From Mobula hypostoma (taxonomy: Eukaryota), in assembly GCF_963921235.1 (NCBI RefSeq), contig NC_086097.1, positions 99,574,001 to 99,638,000 on the forward strand: a stretch of 64,000 nucleotides of DNA. The letters run 5' to 3'. A program made the translations under genes and the position numbers. The notes below the pieces were generated by a model. The model worked only from the letters and a program-made list of their open reading frames with translations, searched no databases and was not told where the DNA came from. Below are positions 1 to 14,404 of the stretch, piece after piece (position 1 is the stretch's first letter; the number at the start of each line of letters is the position of its first letter).

Positions 1-1293
1 AGAAACCCAGTTTCGTTCCCCTCTCCCCCACTCATTCTGGTCACCCTCAACACACACTTCCTACTGTTCCCATCAGCATTCCCCTATCCCTTACTTGGTT
101 CCATGTTCCACCTTCCTCTCCTAACAGATTCCAGTCCTGATAAAGGGTCTCAGCCTGACACATTGACTGCTTGAAGATCTTAAAGATCAGCTTTATTTAG
201 ACTACAAGACCATAGGATATAGGAGCAGAATTAAGCTATTTGACTAATCGAATCTGCTCTGCCATTTCACCTTGACTGATGTATTTTCCCTCTCAGCCCC
301 AATCTCCTGCCTTCTCCCTGTACTCCTTAATGCCCTGACTAATCAAGAAACTATCGACCTCTGTCTTGAATATAGCTAAGGACTTGGCCTCCACTGCCAT
401 CTGTAGCAATGAATTCCACAGGGCACCATTCTCTGACTCAAGAAATTCCTCCTCATTTGTATTCTAAAAGGATGTCCCTCTATTAAAAGGCTCTGTCCTG
501 TGGTCTTAAAGCTCAAAGTTCAAAGTAAAATTTATTATCAGAGTACATACATGTAACCTTGAGATTCTTTTTCTGCAGGCATACTTAGCAAATCACAGAA
601 CAGAAACTCTAAACAGGATCAATGGACAGAAATACTATGCAAATGTAAATATAAATAAATAGCAATAAATAACAAGTATGAAACAACAAGCTAAAAGGGT
701 CCTTAAATGAGTGTAGTTATCCCCTTTTGTTCAAGAGCCTGATGGTTGAGGGGTAATAACTGTTCTTGAACCTGGTGGTGTGAGTCCGGAGGCTCTTGTA
801 CCTTCTTCCTTATGACAGCGGTGAGAAAGGGGCATGGCCTGGGTGGTAAGGACCTTGGATGATGGATGCTGCTTTTCTACGGCAATGTTTCATGTAGGTG
901 TGCTCAGTGATTGGGAGGGTTTTACCCGTGATGTACTGGGTCAACTCCACTATCTTTTGTCGGATTTTACATTCAAAGGCATTGGTGTTCCCATACCAGG
1001 CCGTAATGCAGCCAGTCACCACACTTTCCACGACGCATCTATATAAGTTTGCCAAGGTTTTCGATGACATGCCAAACCTCCGCAGACTCCTGAGGAAGTA
1101 AAGGCGCTGTCGTGCTTTCTTCGCAACAATATTTATACGATGGGGCCAGGACACACAGGAATTTAAAGTTATTGACCCTCTCCACCTCTGGTCCTCCGAT
1201 GATTACTGGTTCATGAACCTCTGGTTTCCCTCTCCTTACATCTACAATCAATTCCTTGGTCACTGAGTGAGAGGTTATTGTTATTACACCAGT

Positions 1294-2240
1294 CAATAGA
1301 CAATAGATGGAGGAGTAGGCTATTCAGCCCTTCGAGCCAGCACCGCCATTCACTATGATCACGGCTGATCATCCACAATCAGTACCCTTTTCCTGCCTTC
1401 TCCCCATATCCCTTCACTCCGCTATCTTTAAGAGCTCTATCCAACTCTTTCTTGAAAGAATCCAGAGAATTGGCCTCCACTGCCTTCTGAGGCAGAGCAT
1501 TCCACAGAACCACAACTCTCTGTGTGAAAAAGTTTTTCCTCAACTCCATTCTAAATTGTCTACCCCTTATTATTAAACTGTGGCCTCTGGTTCTGGACTC
1601 CCCCAACATCAGGAACATGTTTCCTGCCTCTAGTGTGTCCAATCCCTTAATAATCTTATATGTTTCAATCAGATCCCCTCTCATCCTTCTAAATTCCAGT
1701 GTATACAACCCCAGTCGCTCCAAACTTTCAACATATGACAGTTCTGCCATCCCAGGAATTGACCTTGTGAACCTATGCTGCACTCCCTCAGTAGTTAGAA
1801 TGTCCTTCCTCAAATCTGGAGACCAAAGCTGTACACAATACTCCAAGTGTGGTCTCACCAGGGCCCTGTACAACTGCAGAAGGACCTCTTTGCTCCTATA
1901 CTCAACTCCCTTTGTTATGAAGGCCAACATGACATTAGCTTTCTTCACTGCCTGCTGTACTTGCATGCTTATTTTCAGTGACTGATGAACAAGGACACCT
2001 AGATCTCGTTGTACTTCCCCTTTTCCTAACTTGGCACCATTCAGATAGTCATCTGCCTTCCTGTTCTTGCCACCAAAGTGGATAACCTCACATTTATCCA
2101 CATTAAACTGCATCTGCCATGCATCTGCCCACTCACCCAGCCTGTCCAAGTCACCCTGCATTCTCATAACATCCTCCTCGCATTTCACACTGCCACCCAG
2201 CTTTGTGTCATCTGCAAATTTGCTAATGTTACTCTTAATC
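1294..2240 (-). mobile_element. CR1-type LINE, 5'-truncated, nested in the Rex-like element
   Basis: ORF SNISKFADDTKLGG...WQMQFNVDKC...LYRALVRPHLEYCVQ...RRMRGDLIETYKI; short-repeat tail (ctattgtctattg on the minus strand) near 1294-1307. Confidence 0.9.
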
Positions 2241-3971
2241 CAAGTTTTCAATCTCCATCCTCCTGTATGCTGATTCATCACCATCTTTCATATGGCCCTC
2301 AACAGTGGTGTCATCAGCAAATTTGTATATGGTGTTGGAGCTGTACTTAGCCACACAGTCATGGATGTAAAGCACGTAGAGCAGGGGTTGCTCACATTCC
2401 TGGGGTGCTCCTGGGCTGATGGAGATTATGGAGTTTTTCCCAATCCGAACTGAATGGAGTCTACAAGTGAGAAAATCGAAGATCCAATTGCACAAGGGGT
2501 ATTGAGGCCCAGGTCTTGGAGTTTTGATGAGATAATGGTGTTAAATGCTGAGCTGTAATCAATAAAGAGCATCCTGGTGTATGCATCTTTGCTGTCCAGG
2601 TGTTCCAGGGTTGTGTGAAGAGCCAAGGAGATAGCATCTGCTGTAGACTTGTTACTTTCAGCAGGAGTTGATCTCCTTTAACACCAGCCTCTCAAAATGC
2701 TTCATCACTGTGGATGTAAGTGCTACTGGGCAATAGTCATTGAGGTAGATTACCACGCTCTTCTTGGGCACAGGTATGATTGAAGCCTGCTTGAAGCAGG
2801 TGGGTACCACATGCTGCCGGAGTGAGAGTTGAAGATCTTCACCAGCCAGTTAGTTTGCACGATTCTTCAGTACTCGGCCAGGTACTCCTTCTAGACCAGA
2901 TGCTTTCCTTGAATTCACTCCGTCAAAAGCAGTCCCCACGTCATCTTCAGCTACTGAGACAAAAGGGTCATCGGGAGACGTGGGGGTGCGCAATAATTCT
3001 TCCCTGATCTGGTGGTCAAAGTGAGCAGAGAAGGCTCATCTGGAAGCGAAGCTCTGCTGTCCCCTATGTCGCACGATTTAACTTTGTAGGAGCTTATGGC
3101 ATTCAAATCCTGCCACAGCTGTTGAGAATCCCTTATTGATTCCAGTCTAGTCTGGAATCTCCACCTCACCCATGAGATGGCTTTCTGGAGATCATAACTG
3201 AACCTCTTGTAGCATTCTTGATCTCCAGTTTTGAATGCCTCTGATCTGGCTGTCAGCAGATTCCAGATTTCATTGTTCATCAGGGCTACTGACTGGGGAA
3301 AACCCTGAATGATTCTGTGGGGACATGCTCATCCACAGCTGTTTAAGTAAAGTCTGTAATGACCCTGGTGTAGTCACTGAAGCACTCAGATGGGTTCTTG
3401 AACACGGCCCAGTCCACTGACTCAAGGCAGTCCTGTGTAACCGTTCCTCAGCCTCCCGCGTCCACCTCTTGGCTGTCTTGATCTCTGGAGCCTTGTTCTT
3501 TAGGCTCTGTCTGTATGGAGGTAGCAGGAGTACAGTCAAATGGTCCGACTTGCTAAAATGCAGTCTCAGGCAGCCGGAGTACAGTCAAATGATCTGCCTT
3601 GCCAAAATGCAGTCTTGAAAAGTAACAATAGGTATTCATTATTGCAGTAAAGCAGTGGTCTAGTGTGTTGGGACCTTTTGTGCAACAGGTTACGTGCTGG
3701 TGTTAATGGGGAAGGGTTTTCTTCACAAACGCCTGATTAAAGTCACTGACTGCAATCTGAAATGCGTCGGGACGAGTTGTTTCTTGCTTACAGACGACAT
3801 TGTGCAGTTTCGTGAGTGCTTGTTTATAATCAGCCACTGGTGGTATGTAACTGTGGTCAGGAATACAGATGAGAACTCCTAAGGCAAATAGAATTGTTTA
3901 CATTTAATTGTTAGTTGTTCTAAATCAGAGGAACTAGAAGTTGACATAAACCCAACGACCATGCACCAACA

Positions 3972-4494
3972 TGTCAGTACCTGCAGACTTGGTTTTTTTT
4001 GTTTTCCCCCTAGCCATCAGTCTGTGGTTTTGTATTACCATGTGCTCTTGTTTGTTTTCATGCCCCATGTGCTCCTGTCCCCGCTCCTGCTCTACTCCGG
4101 CCCCTGTATTACTGAGTACTCTACCTCTCATCTCCTGTTCCTCATTATTACCTGTACTGCTGCCACTTCTGTCTCATTGTACTCTATTCTGTGCCCATTT
4201 TGTCTCTCTGTTTATTGCTCAGTGTATTTCAGTCCTGTGTTTTCACCTGTTTGTTGCCAGATTGTGCCAGTGAATTTTCCTGAGCCTTTCCAGCATTCGT
4301 ATCTGTACTCTGTCCGTCTAACTATCGACTCTGCCTGTTTCCTGATTCTGGTTTTTTGATTTCTCTGGATGTTTTGATCTCTGCCTGAACTTTGACACCG
4401 ACTTTGTTTGCACCTCAGGATTCGTTACTCAATAAATATCACTGTGTGCACAGTACTGGGTCTGTGATTGAATCCCTGCTCCAGCGCCCTGACA
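3972..4494. mobile_element. Solo LTR, family A, copy 1
   Basis: Termini TGTCAG...CTGACA; flanks caaca/caacg (5-bp TSD with one mismatch); AATAAA at 4431; homologous to 35444-35937. Confidence 0.85.
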
Positions 4495-4999
4495 CAACGA
4501 GAATTAACTAAAAGCACAGGCCACCATATTTTTCCTTACTGGTTCATAGTTCGATCCATTCTGAAAATCGTGAAAGCTTCCGGACACATAGCTACATCCG
4601 GAGTGTTCGCTGTTAACCAAGTCTCAATGCAACAAATGATTGAGATCTGATTCTGATACAGCAACCTTGCCCTGAGATCGTCAGTCTTATTTTCAAGTGA
4701 CTGCACATTCACCAATAAAACGCTGGGGAGAGGAGGCCTCGTCCCTTTGTCTCTTCAACCTGGTTAGAATACCGCCTCTCCCACACCATTCTCGGCACAT
4801 CATTATCATTGACCTATAAAGGCGACGCCCTTGACTGCTCCGCAGTAGTTCAGGATTCTGCTCTGCATTTAACCGTCAAACGTGAGATCTTAAGATCATT
4901 GGTGTAATTTCGTAGCCCGTTATTAAGAGGAAACTTACATGCTGCAGATTGCTGCAAAATTAATTCAAAAGGATTATTATGATGAGGTTGTTGGAATGT

Positions 5000-5580
5000 T
5001 ATGATGAGGTTGTATTAGGCATTGGTGAGGCCGAATCTGGAGTATTGTGTTCAGTTTTGGTCACCAAATTACAGGAACGATATAAATAAGGTTGAAAGAG
5101 TGCAGAGAAAGTTTACAAGGATGTTGCCGGGACTTGAGAAACTCAGTTACAGAGAAAGGTTGAATAGGTTAGGACTTTATTCCCTGGAGCGTAGAAGAAT
5201 GAGGGGAGATTTGATAGAGGTATATAAAATTATGATGGGTATAGATAGAGTGAATGCAAGCAGGCTTTTTCCACTGAGGCAAGGGGAGAAAAAAACCAGA
5301 GGACATGGGTTTAGGGTGAGGGGGGAAAAGTTTAAAGGGAACATTAGCGGGGGCTTCTTCATACAGAGAGTGGTGGGAGTGTAGAATGAGCTGCCAGACG
5401 AGGTGGTAAATGCGGGTTCTTTTTTTAACATTTAAGAATAAATTGGACAGATACATGGATGGGAGGTGTATGGAGGGATATGGTCCGTGTGCAGGTCAGT
5501 GGGACTAGGCAGAAAATGGTTTGGCACAGCCAAGAAGGGCCAAAAGGCCTGTTTCTGTGCTGTAGGTTCTATGGTTCTAA
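5000..5580 (+). mobile_element. CR1 LINE 3' fragment
   Basis: LVRPNLEYCVQFWSP...RRRMRGDLIEVYKIM; tail ttctatggttcta. Confidence 0.85.
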
Positions 5581-5659
5581 GGAGTATATTTACGAGGAAA
5601 ACTGGTATAATTTTCTGCAGCCTGCAGTTTGAGGCCAATGTGCACCAGTGCCATCTTGA

Positions 5660-6785
5660 TCAACCAAAGAAATACCCTCTCCACACCCATTCTATCAGGG
5701 CCTTTCAATATTCGATAGCTTTCAAATAGGTCACTCCTCATTCTTCTGAATTCCAGAGAGTGCAGGCCCAGAGCCATCAAACACTCTTCAAATGACAAGC
5801 CTTTAAATCCCTGAATCATTTTCGTGATCTTCCTTTGAACCCTCTTCAGTTTCAGCACAACCTTTCTTAGATAGGGGACGCAAAACTGCTCAAATACTCC
5901 AAGTGTGGCCTCACCAGTGCTTTATAACGTCCAAACATTACATCCTTGCTTTTATATATTATATTCCTCTTGAGATGAATGCTAAAATCGCATGAGAAAT
6001 CGTTTCTCACCAGATTCAACCTGCAAATTAACCTTTAGGGTATCCTGCACAAGGACTCCCAAGTCCTTTTGTGCCTCAGATTTTGAATTTTCTCAACTTA
6101 GAAGATAGTTTGCCCTTCTATTTCTTCTACCGAAGTGCATGACCATACACTTATGACACTGCATTCCATCTGCCACTTCTTTGTCCGGTCTCCTAATCTG
6201 TCTAAATCCTTCTGTAGCCTCTCTACTTCTTCAAAACTACCTGCCCCTCCACCACTCTTTGTATTGTCAGCAAACTTTGCAACAAAGCTATCAATTCTAT
6301 CATCCAAATAACATTAAGTTACATTGACAAGTAACATAAAAAGGAGTGGTTCCATCGCAGATCCCTATGGAACACTGTTACTCACTGGCAGCCAATCAAA
6401 AAAGGTTCCCTTTATTCCCATTCTTTGTCTCCTGCCAATCAGCCACTGCTTTATCCATGCTAGTATCTTTCCTGTATTACCATGGGCTCTTAACCTATTA
6501 AGCAGCCTCATGTGTGGCACCTTGTCAAAGGCCTTCTGAAAATCCAAGTACACAACATCCACCGATTCTCCCTTGTCTATCCTGCTTGTTATTTCTTCAA
6601 AGAATTCCAACAGGTTTGTCAAGCAAGATTTTCCCTGGAGTAACCATGCTGACTTTGGCCTATTTTATCATGTGCTGAAACCACATCCTTAACAATTGAC
6701 TCCAGTATCTTCCCAATCACTGAGGTCAGGCTAATTGGCCTAAAATTTCCTTTCTTCTGCCTCTCTCCCTTTTTGAAGGGTGGAG
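5660..6785 (-). mobile_element. Older CR1 LINE RT fragment
   Basis: TNLLEFFEEITSRIDKGESVDVVYLDFQKAFDKVPH and AKFADNTK motifs with stops. Confidence 0.8.
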
Positions 6786-6847
6786 TGGGAAAATGCTGGA
6801 GGAATTCAACAAGACAAGCAGCATCTATGGAGGGGAATGCACAATGG

Positions 6848-7170
6848 GCTGCATGGTAGTGTAGCAGTTAGCACAATTGTTTTACAGAGCCACCAATCAC
6901 CGATCGGGGTTTGATTTCCGCCACTGTTCATAAGGAGTTTGTGCGTTCTCTCAATGACTGCTTGGGTTTCCTCCCCTGGCTCCAATTTCCTCCCACATTA
7001 CAAAGATGTACAGTTAGGGTTGGTGAGATGTGGGCATTCTATGTTGGCACCAGAAGCATGGAGACACTTGTGGGCTGTCCTCAACACAGTCCTTAGACGA
7101 TGTGGTCATTGGCTCAAAGCCATGCAGTTTATTGCATGTTTTGATGTTTCAGTGTTTGTATATGTGACAA
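6848..7170 (+). mobile_element. tRNA-derived SINE (V/HE1-like)
   Basis: A-box-like ggtagtgtagcagttagc, B-box-like ggtttgatttcc, then the core ggagtttgtgcgttctc...tgggtttcctcc. Related copies on the minus strand at ~14780-15050, ~15540-15780 and ~28980-29245. Confidence 0.65.
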
Positions 7171-7189
7171 ATTGGTCTCCCTCAGGTTC

Positions 7190-9470
7190 AGATTTATGGA
7201 TCATTGGCATCTCTTTGGGGTACGACCTGGACAAAAGGGAAGGATTACACCTGAGTCCGGGGGGGACCAATATCCTTGTGGGCAGGTTTGCTGGATTTGT
7301 TCCGGAGGGCTTTAACTAATTTAGCAGAGGGATTGGAACCAGAGTGTTAGGGCTGAAAATGAAGTAATTGGTTTACAAACAGAGGCAGTGTGTAGTGCGA
7401 CTGCTAGCAAGGAGAGGCTGTTGATGGGGCAAAATATCAGTCAACAGGATGAGTTGCAACGTAAAAGGCAGACAAAATTGAAAAGGGTGAATACAGGACA
7501 GACGGTGTTATATTTGAATGTGTGCAGTATACGGAATAAGGTAGATAAACTTGTAGCACAGTTACAGATTGGCATACATAATGTTGTAGGCACCACTAAA
7601 TCACGTCTGAAAGAAGATTATAGCTGGGAGCTTAATGTCCAAGGATACACATTAAATCAAAGAACAGGCAGGTAGGAAGAGGGGGTGGTGTGGCTCTGTT
7701 GGTAAAATATGAAATCAAGTCATTAGAAAGAGGTTATATAGGGTCCGAAGGTGTTGAATTTTGGAATACTGTGTGCAGTTTTGGGCCCCCTATCTTAGAA
7801 AGGATATACTGATGTTGGAGAGAGTTCAGAGAAGATTTACGAGGATGATTCCTGGAATGCAGGGGCTAACATATGAGGAGCGTCTGTCGGCTCTTGGATT
7901 GTATTCATTAGAGTATAGAAGAATGAGAGGGGATCTCATAGAAACATTTCGGATGTTGAAAGGGTTGGACAGAGTAGATGTGGAAAGGTTGTTTCCCTTG
8001 GTGGGTGAGTCCAGGACAAGAGGCCATAGTCTTAGAATTAGAGGGTACCCAGTTAAAACAGAGATGAGGAGAAATTTTTTTAGCCAGAGGGTCGTGGATT
8101 TATGGAATTCGTTGCCACATATGGTTGTGGAGGCCCGATCATTGAGGGTGTTTAAGGAGGAGATTGACAGGTATCTAATTAGTCAGGGTATCAAGGGATA
8201 TGGGGAAAAAGCCGGAAATTGGAATTAGATGGGTGAATAGTTTAGCTCATGGGGGAGCTGCGGAGCAGACTCGATGGGCCGAATGGCCTAGTTCTGCTCC
8301 TTTGTCTTGTGATCTTGTGATTTTGATCTTGTGAATCATTTCAGATAGAGCTAAGGAACTGCATGGGTGAAAAAAAACCTTGATGGCAGTTGTATACAGA
8401 CCTCCGAACAGTAGTAAGGATGTGGTCTATAAACTGCAACAGGAGATAGAAAATGCATGCCAAAGGGCAATGTTACAATAGTCATGGGGGAATTCAATAT
8501 GCAGGTAGATTGGGAAAAGAGGTTGGTGCTTGATCCCAAGAAGGAGAATTTCTAGAGTGCCTACAAGATAGCTTTTTAGAGCAGCTCGTGGTTGAGTCCA
8601 CTGGGGATCAGCTATTCTGGTTTGGGTGTTGAACAATGTACTGGAATTGATTAGAGAGCTTAAGGTAAAGAAACCCTTAAGGGAAAGTGATCATGATGTA
8701 ATAGAATTCACCCTGCAGTTTGAGAAAGGGAAACTAAAGTCAGATGTATCAGTATTACAGTGGAGTAAAGGGAATTACAGAGGCATGAGAGAGGAGCTGG
8801 CCAAAACTGATTGTAAAAGGACACTAGCAGGGATGACAGCAGAGCAGCAATGGCTGGAATTTCTGGAAGCAATTGGGAAGGTGCAGGATAGATACATCCC
8901 AAAGAGGAAGAAGTACTCTAAAGGCAAGATTATGTGATTGTGACCAGCAAGAGAAGTTAAAGCCAACAAAAAGCCAAAGAGAGAGCATATAAGAAAGCAA
9001 AAGTCAGTGGGAAGTTAGGGGATTGGGAAGCTTTTAAAAACCAACAGAAGGCAACTAAAAAAGCCACTAAGAAGGTAAAGATGGAATATGAAAGTAGGCC
9101 TCCTAATTATATTAAAAAAGATACCAAAAGTTTTAAAGAGGATACCAAAAATTCCAGTGGCTATTGGACCACTGGAATTCAATGCTGGGGAGCTAGCAAT
9201 AAGGGACAATGAAATGGCAGACAAACTGAATAAGTATTTTTCACTGTGGAAGACACGAGCAGTATGGTGGAAAGAGTATAAGTGGCAAAAGTATGTGAAG
9301 TTGCCATTACTAGGGAGAAGGTTCTTGGAAAACTGAAAGGTCTGAAGGTAGATAAGTCACCTGGACCAGATGGTGTACACCCCAGGGTTGTGAAAAAGGT
9401 GGTCAAATAGATTGTGGAGTCATTAGTAATGATCTTTGAAGAATCATTAGATTCTAGAATGGTTCCAAAA
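7190..9470 (+). mobile_element. Old CR1 LINE (ORF1 end, AP endonuclease and linker) split by a younger CR1
   Basis: LYLNVCSIRNKVDKL, MGEFN-like and SDHDVIEF endonuclease motifs; KSPGPDG at ~9355. The sequence resumes seamlessly after the 7760-8331 insertion. Confidence 0.75.
7760..8331 (+). mobile_element. Young CR1 3' fragment nested in an older CR1
   Basis: Intact 155-aa ORF2 C-terminus; tail (gatcttgt)n; short flanking duplication tgaat at 7755-7759 and 8332-8336. Confidence 0.85.
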
Positions 9471-12400
9471 GTCTGTTGAATTCCTCCAGCATTTTGTGGG
9501 TGTTGCTCAAGATTTCCTTGAGTCTCTTGTGTCTTCAGAGCCTTTTGTCACCTCCACATATCCCAGCCTCTGTCACTATTTCCACCCTTCCCTTCCCCCA
9601 CCTCTCAGTAACCCACTCCTCACTTGGATCCGCCTATTGCTTGCTAGCTCTTACCTTACCCCTTTCCGTCACTTCTATCTCCCTTCTACTCCTTCAGTCC
9701 AGATGAGGGATCTAGACCCAAACTGTTGGCTGAATTACAGCAGGGTGTGAGGGGGAGTGGGGGAGTGGGGGGGGGGCGCGGTTGTTGTATTTGGGTTTGT
9801 GCAAGAGGAGCACGGTAGATCAGCAGGAGAGAAAAAGGGGCAATTACCTGAAACTGGAGAGTTCATTGTTCATTGTTGTAGACTGCCCAGGTGGATTATA
9901 AGGATCTGCAATGGTCTTAATAAATAGCAGAGCAGGCTCAAGGGCTGCTGCTGTTTCTTATCACAACTTCAGCTGGTGTCTGTGAGGAATTTGCATGTTC
10001 TACAAATGCATCCCCAAAGTTCATCCAGCAGTTTGTATTTTGCTTCAGTTTCCAGCATCTGTAACCCTTTCGTATGCTCATTCGCTCTCATACCTGATCC
10101 TAATTCCCTCAGTTCTATCCGTACCTGTAATGAGTTCTTCCGGCCTGTGTAGGGCACCAGAGAGCATTGAGTTCCGAGGTTTTTAAATCACCTGAATTGG
10201 TTAATTGTTACTTAATGAGAGTTCTTTGTGTTTTTCTCAAGCAACTTGCATTTTGTAATGTGGTCTCCTGGTACCTTCTGTCTAAGTTGTTAAACTTATT
10301 TTGATTGGCTCAGGGGTTCCGTGTTGCTTGTGTTATTTAAGCGGATGCCTGATTAGCATTAATCGCAGGGTCCTAGTTCTGAGAATGTTACTTGCGGTGT
10401 CGCTCAGCCAAGCCAGCAATGTTCTTTTTGGAATTTTTATGAATAAACTCCCTGCATCAGAGTCTGTCTTTCCTCTGCACTTGGGTTCCAATGTTGCCAG
10501 TGAACACGGTGAGAGTACCCATAAATTGATCTCAGCCTTAAACAGATAAGGATTGTACAGAAGCCTGCTACCCAATTCACTGGTGGAGAAAACTTTGGAT
10601 TCACAATGTTTTGCAAAAAATAACGTATCCTCATCTGTGTCCTCAACAGCTGATCCTCATCCAGACAACAGTCCATGCTGAAACTTGATAAGTTCTTGTA
10701 AATTACCCAGTCAATGCCTCTTAGAATTTCATACATCAAGTGAGATCACCTCTGATTCTGCTAATCAGATATACACTGCCAGACTGGATGAAATTAGAAG
10801 TTGTAGACATTGTTGCCTTCATTCCTGGTTTATAATGTGATCATTCTCTTGATGAACCCCACAAAGTGGGATTGTGAGATCTATGGATGCGCTTATCAGT
10901 AATTGTATTGTAGATTGCATATTGTAGACCAGGTGCAGACAGGCACAACTCTAAACTGACACCATGGTCAGCACAGGCACAGTGGGCCAAAGATCGTGCT
11001 CCTGTGGTCCCCCTTCCCATGCTCCGTGGCATTGCAATTGATCAGAGATGTTCTCTGGCATTGCTTGAGATCTGTTGGTCTGATAATTTCTACATCTCCT
11101 ACCATAATCTTGGAAACTGAGAAGGTGTACCCCATTTTGGATGGTTTCCACCATCAATTATCATCCTCTTGCCAAAAATTCATAGATGGCCTGCCATACA
11201 CGCATAAAATTCACCCCATGAAGTAACTAGTGCAGAGGCTTCCTGGGATAATCCACACTATTTCAGAATATTAAAACTTTAAACAGAAGGTTTTATTTGA
11301 AATACTCGGCTACAGAGCCTCAGCTCCTCCAGCACTTTGGTCCCTGTTGGAGCTGAGTGTTGTCTGCCTCAGCCCACAGGGCACAACATCACATCCCTCT
11401 GTGATTGCTCACCGCCTTTCTGTACATATCACCATAATGCCCACCTTGCAAATCGAGCACCAGGAGAGAACTCAACGAGTCAGCCATCGAGTGACGATGC
11501 AGGCACAGGATGGGATATATATAGTTTTCCACACGTGTCTGTTTCTTCAGCTGCCTCCAGACAGGGTTTGAGGTTGAAAGTTTTCTTAGTGTTTGCAGAG
11601 CAGCTTGAAGTTTCACCACCAGCATCTCTGGCCTGGCCATCTCATCTCTTGGTCAAGCAGTCAACCCGGGAAGCAAGTCCTTCCCGAGTCCACATACTGA
11701 CTGCGGCCATGTGTGGTAGGAATATTAATTTTGCAGCCCACCTCATCAAGTCAGGATGAACTTTTATGATCAGCATACACAGGGTTTACAAACATTTCAC
11801 TGTTTGCTTTGAAAAAATCTGAATCAGCAGCAACTGACACAAGTAAAATAAGAGACTGCTTGGAAAGAACCCTGCTGTGAATTTCCATTCTGTTTGCTCT
11901 CTGTGACCACCCCGTCCACATTCTGTACTACTCCTCTGTCTTACATTCATAGAGCTATACAGTATGAAAACAGGTCCTTCAACCTCCCCCCCCCTTCCAT
12001 GTTGACAAAGATGCTTGATCCATATCCTGCTAAACTTTTTCTGTCTCCATACTTGTCTAAACTGTCTTTTAAAGTCTCTAAATGTACCTGTCCCTACCCC
12101 TTCCTCTGGCAAGCTGTTCCATATGCCCTCCACCTGCTGTGTGGAAACCTGCTCCTCAGGTCCCCTTTGAACCTTTCCCCTCTCACTTTAAACCTGTGCT
12201 CCCCTACTCCCATAACCATTCACCTTGATGATTTCATAATTTTATAAACCCTAAAACAGGGATTCCCAGCAAAAACTGGTCCATGCATAAAAATTGTTGA
12301 GACCTCTGCTCTGAAAGGCCTCTTGTACAGATTTTACAAGATGAATTAAAAGAGGAGAGAGGCCAGACTTAAAGCGTTTAGGAAGGAGGTTTCGAAGCTT

Positions 12401-12859
12401 ACTCAGCACATTTGATATTGAAACTATTTATATTATAAACCTTTATAATATAATATATAACTCTTCAATCTCCTTTCACCAGTTTATATAGCCTCACCTT
12501 ATAACCCAAGCCCTCCAGTCCAGGCAACAGTCTTGAGAATCTTTTCAGCACCCTCTCTTGGCTGTTTATTTATCTGTCCTATTATTTTTTTTAGTTTTTT
12601 TGTTTTGTCTTTGAAGTGCCCTATCGCTGATGAGGTAAGTACCCATGGGATCATTGATTTGGGCTGCTCTCTCTTCTGCTCTGACTTAGCTAACTCAGTG
12701 TTCTTGCTCGTGTTTCCAGCTTTGACACCCTGTCAGTGCCTCCAGAATAAATCTATTTGCTATTGAAATACAAACATCACAGCTCAGCAAACACTCAAAG
12801 TCATTTGCATATGAGGTGCACTGAGAACAGAGGCTCCATTGTGTGTACCTGCAGGTCCT

Positions 12860-13305
12860 GAGATAGAGAGACGAGAGAGTCAGAGAGAGACGAGAGAGAC
12901 AGACAGAGAGAGTCAGAGAGAGAGAGAGACAGACAGACAGAGACGAGAGAGACAGACAGAGAGAGTCAGAGAGAGCGAGACAGACAGAGACAGACCGAGA
13001 TGAGAGAGTCAGAGAGACAGAGAGAGAGAGCGAGAGAGAGAGCGAGAGAGAGAGAGAGAGATAGACAGACAGAGACTGAGAGACAGAGAGAGCAAGACAG
13101 AGACAGAGAGTGAGACAGAGAGCAAGACAGAGACAGAGAGAGACCAGGGAGACAGACAGAGATGAGAGAGTCAGAGAGAGACGAGAGAGACAGACAGAGA
13201 GAGTCAGAGAGAGAGAGAGACAGACAGAGACGAGGGAGACAGACAGAGAGAGTCAGAGAGAGAGAGACAGACAGAGACAGACAGAGATGAGAGAGTCAGA
13301 GAGAC

Positions 13306-13346
<41 letters not shown>

Positions 13347-13592
13347 CAGACAGAGACTGAGAGAGAGACACAGAGAGCAAGACAGAGACAGAGAGTGAGA
13401 CAGAGAGCAAGACAGAGACAGAGAGAGACCAGGGAGACAGACAGAGATGAGAGAGTCAGAAAGACAGAGAGAGAGAGAGAGAGATAGACAGACAGAGACA
13501 GAGAGCGAGACAGAGACAGAGAGAGACCAGGGAGACAGACAGAGAGAGTCAGAGAGAGAGACAGACAGACAGAGACGAGAGAGACAGACAGA

Positions 13593-13624
<32 letters not shown>

Positions 13625-14136
13625 CACAGACAGAGACAGACAGAGACCAGGGAGACAGACAGAGAGAGTCAGGAAGAGAGAGACAGACAGAGACAGAGAC
13701 GAGAGAGACAGACAGAGAGAGTCAGAGAGAGAGAGACAGACAGAGACAGACAGAGACGAGAGAGTCAGAGAGAGAGAGAGAGATAGACAGACAGAGGTCA
13801 GAGAGAGAGAGAGATAGACAGACAGAGACTGAGAGACAGAGAGAGCAAGACAGAGACAGAGACAGAGAGTGAGACAGAGAGCGAGACAGAGACAGAGAGA
13901 GACCAGGGAGACAGAGAGAGAGAGTCAGAGAGAGAGACAGACAGACAGAGACAGAGAGAGACCAGGGAGACAGACAGAGAGAGTCAGAGAGAGAGGGAGA
14001 CAGACAGAGACGAGGGAGATAGACAGAGAGAGTCAGAGAGAGAGACAGACAGACAGAGAGAGACCAGGGAGACAGACAGAGAGAGTCAGAGAGAGAGGGA
14101 GACAGACAGAGACGAGGGAGATAGACAGAGAGAGTC

Positions 14137-14167
<31 letters not shown>

Positions 14168-14373
14168 CCAGGGAGACAGACAGAGAGAGTCAGAGAGAGA
14201 CAGACAGACAGAGACTGAGAGAGAAAGAGAGAGCAAGACAGAGACAGAGACAGAGAGTGAGACAGAGAGCGAGACAGAGACAGAGAGAGACCAGGGAGAC
14301 AGACAGAGAGAGTCAGAGAGAGAGACAGACAGACAGAGACAGAGAGAGACCAGGGAGACAGACAGAGAGAGTC

Positions 14374-14404
<31 letters not shown>

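Larger units (their letters stand above)
520..4760 (-). mobile_element. Decayed near-full-length Rex1/Babar-like LINE interrupted by a CR1 and a solo LTR
   Basis: Fragmentary ORFs: KKARQRLYFLRSLRRFG (810-1154), IYKFADDTTVEG (2235-2495), [14 protein letters not shown] (2426-2626), plus endonuclease-like remnants at 3550-4700. Many stops and frameshifts; ends approximate. Confidence 0.75.
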
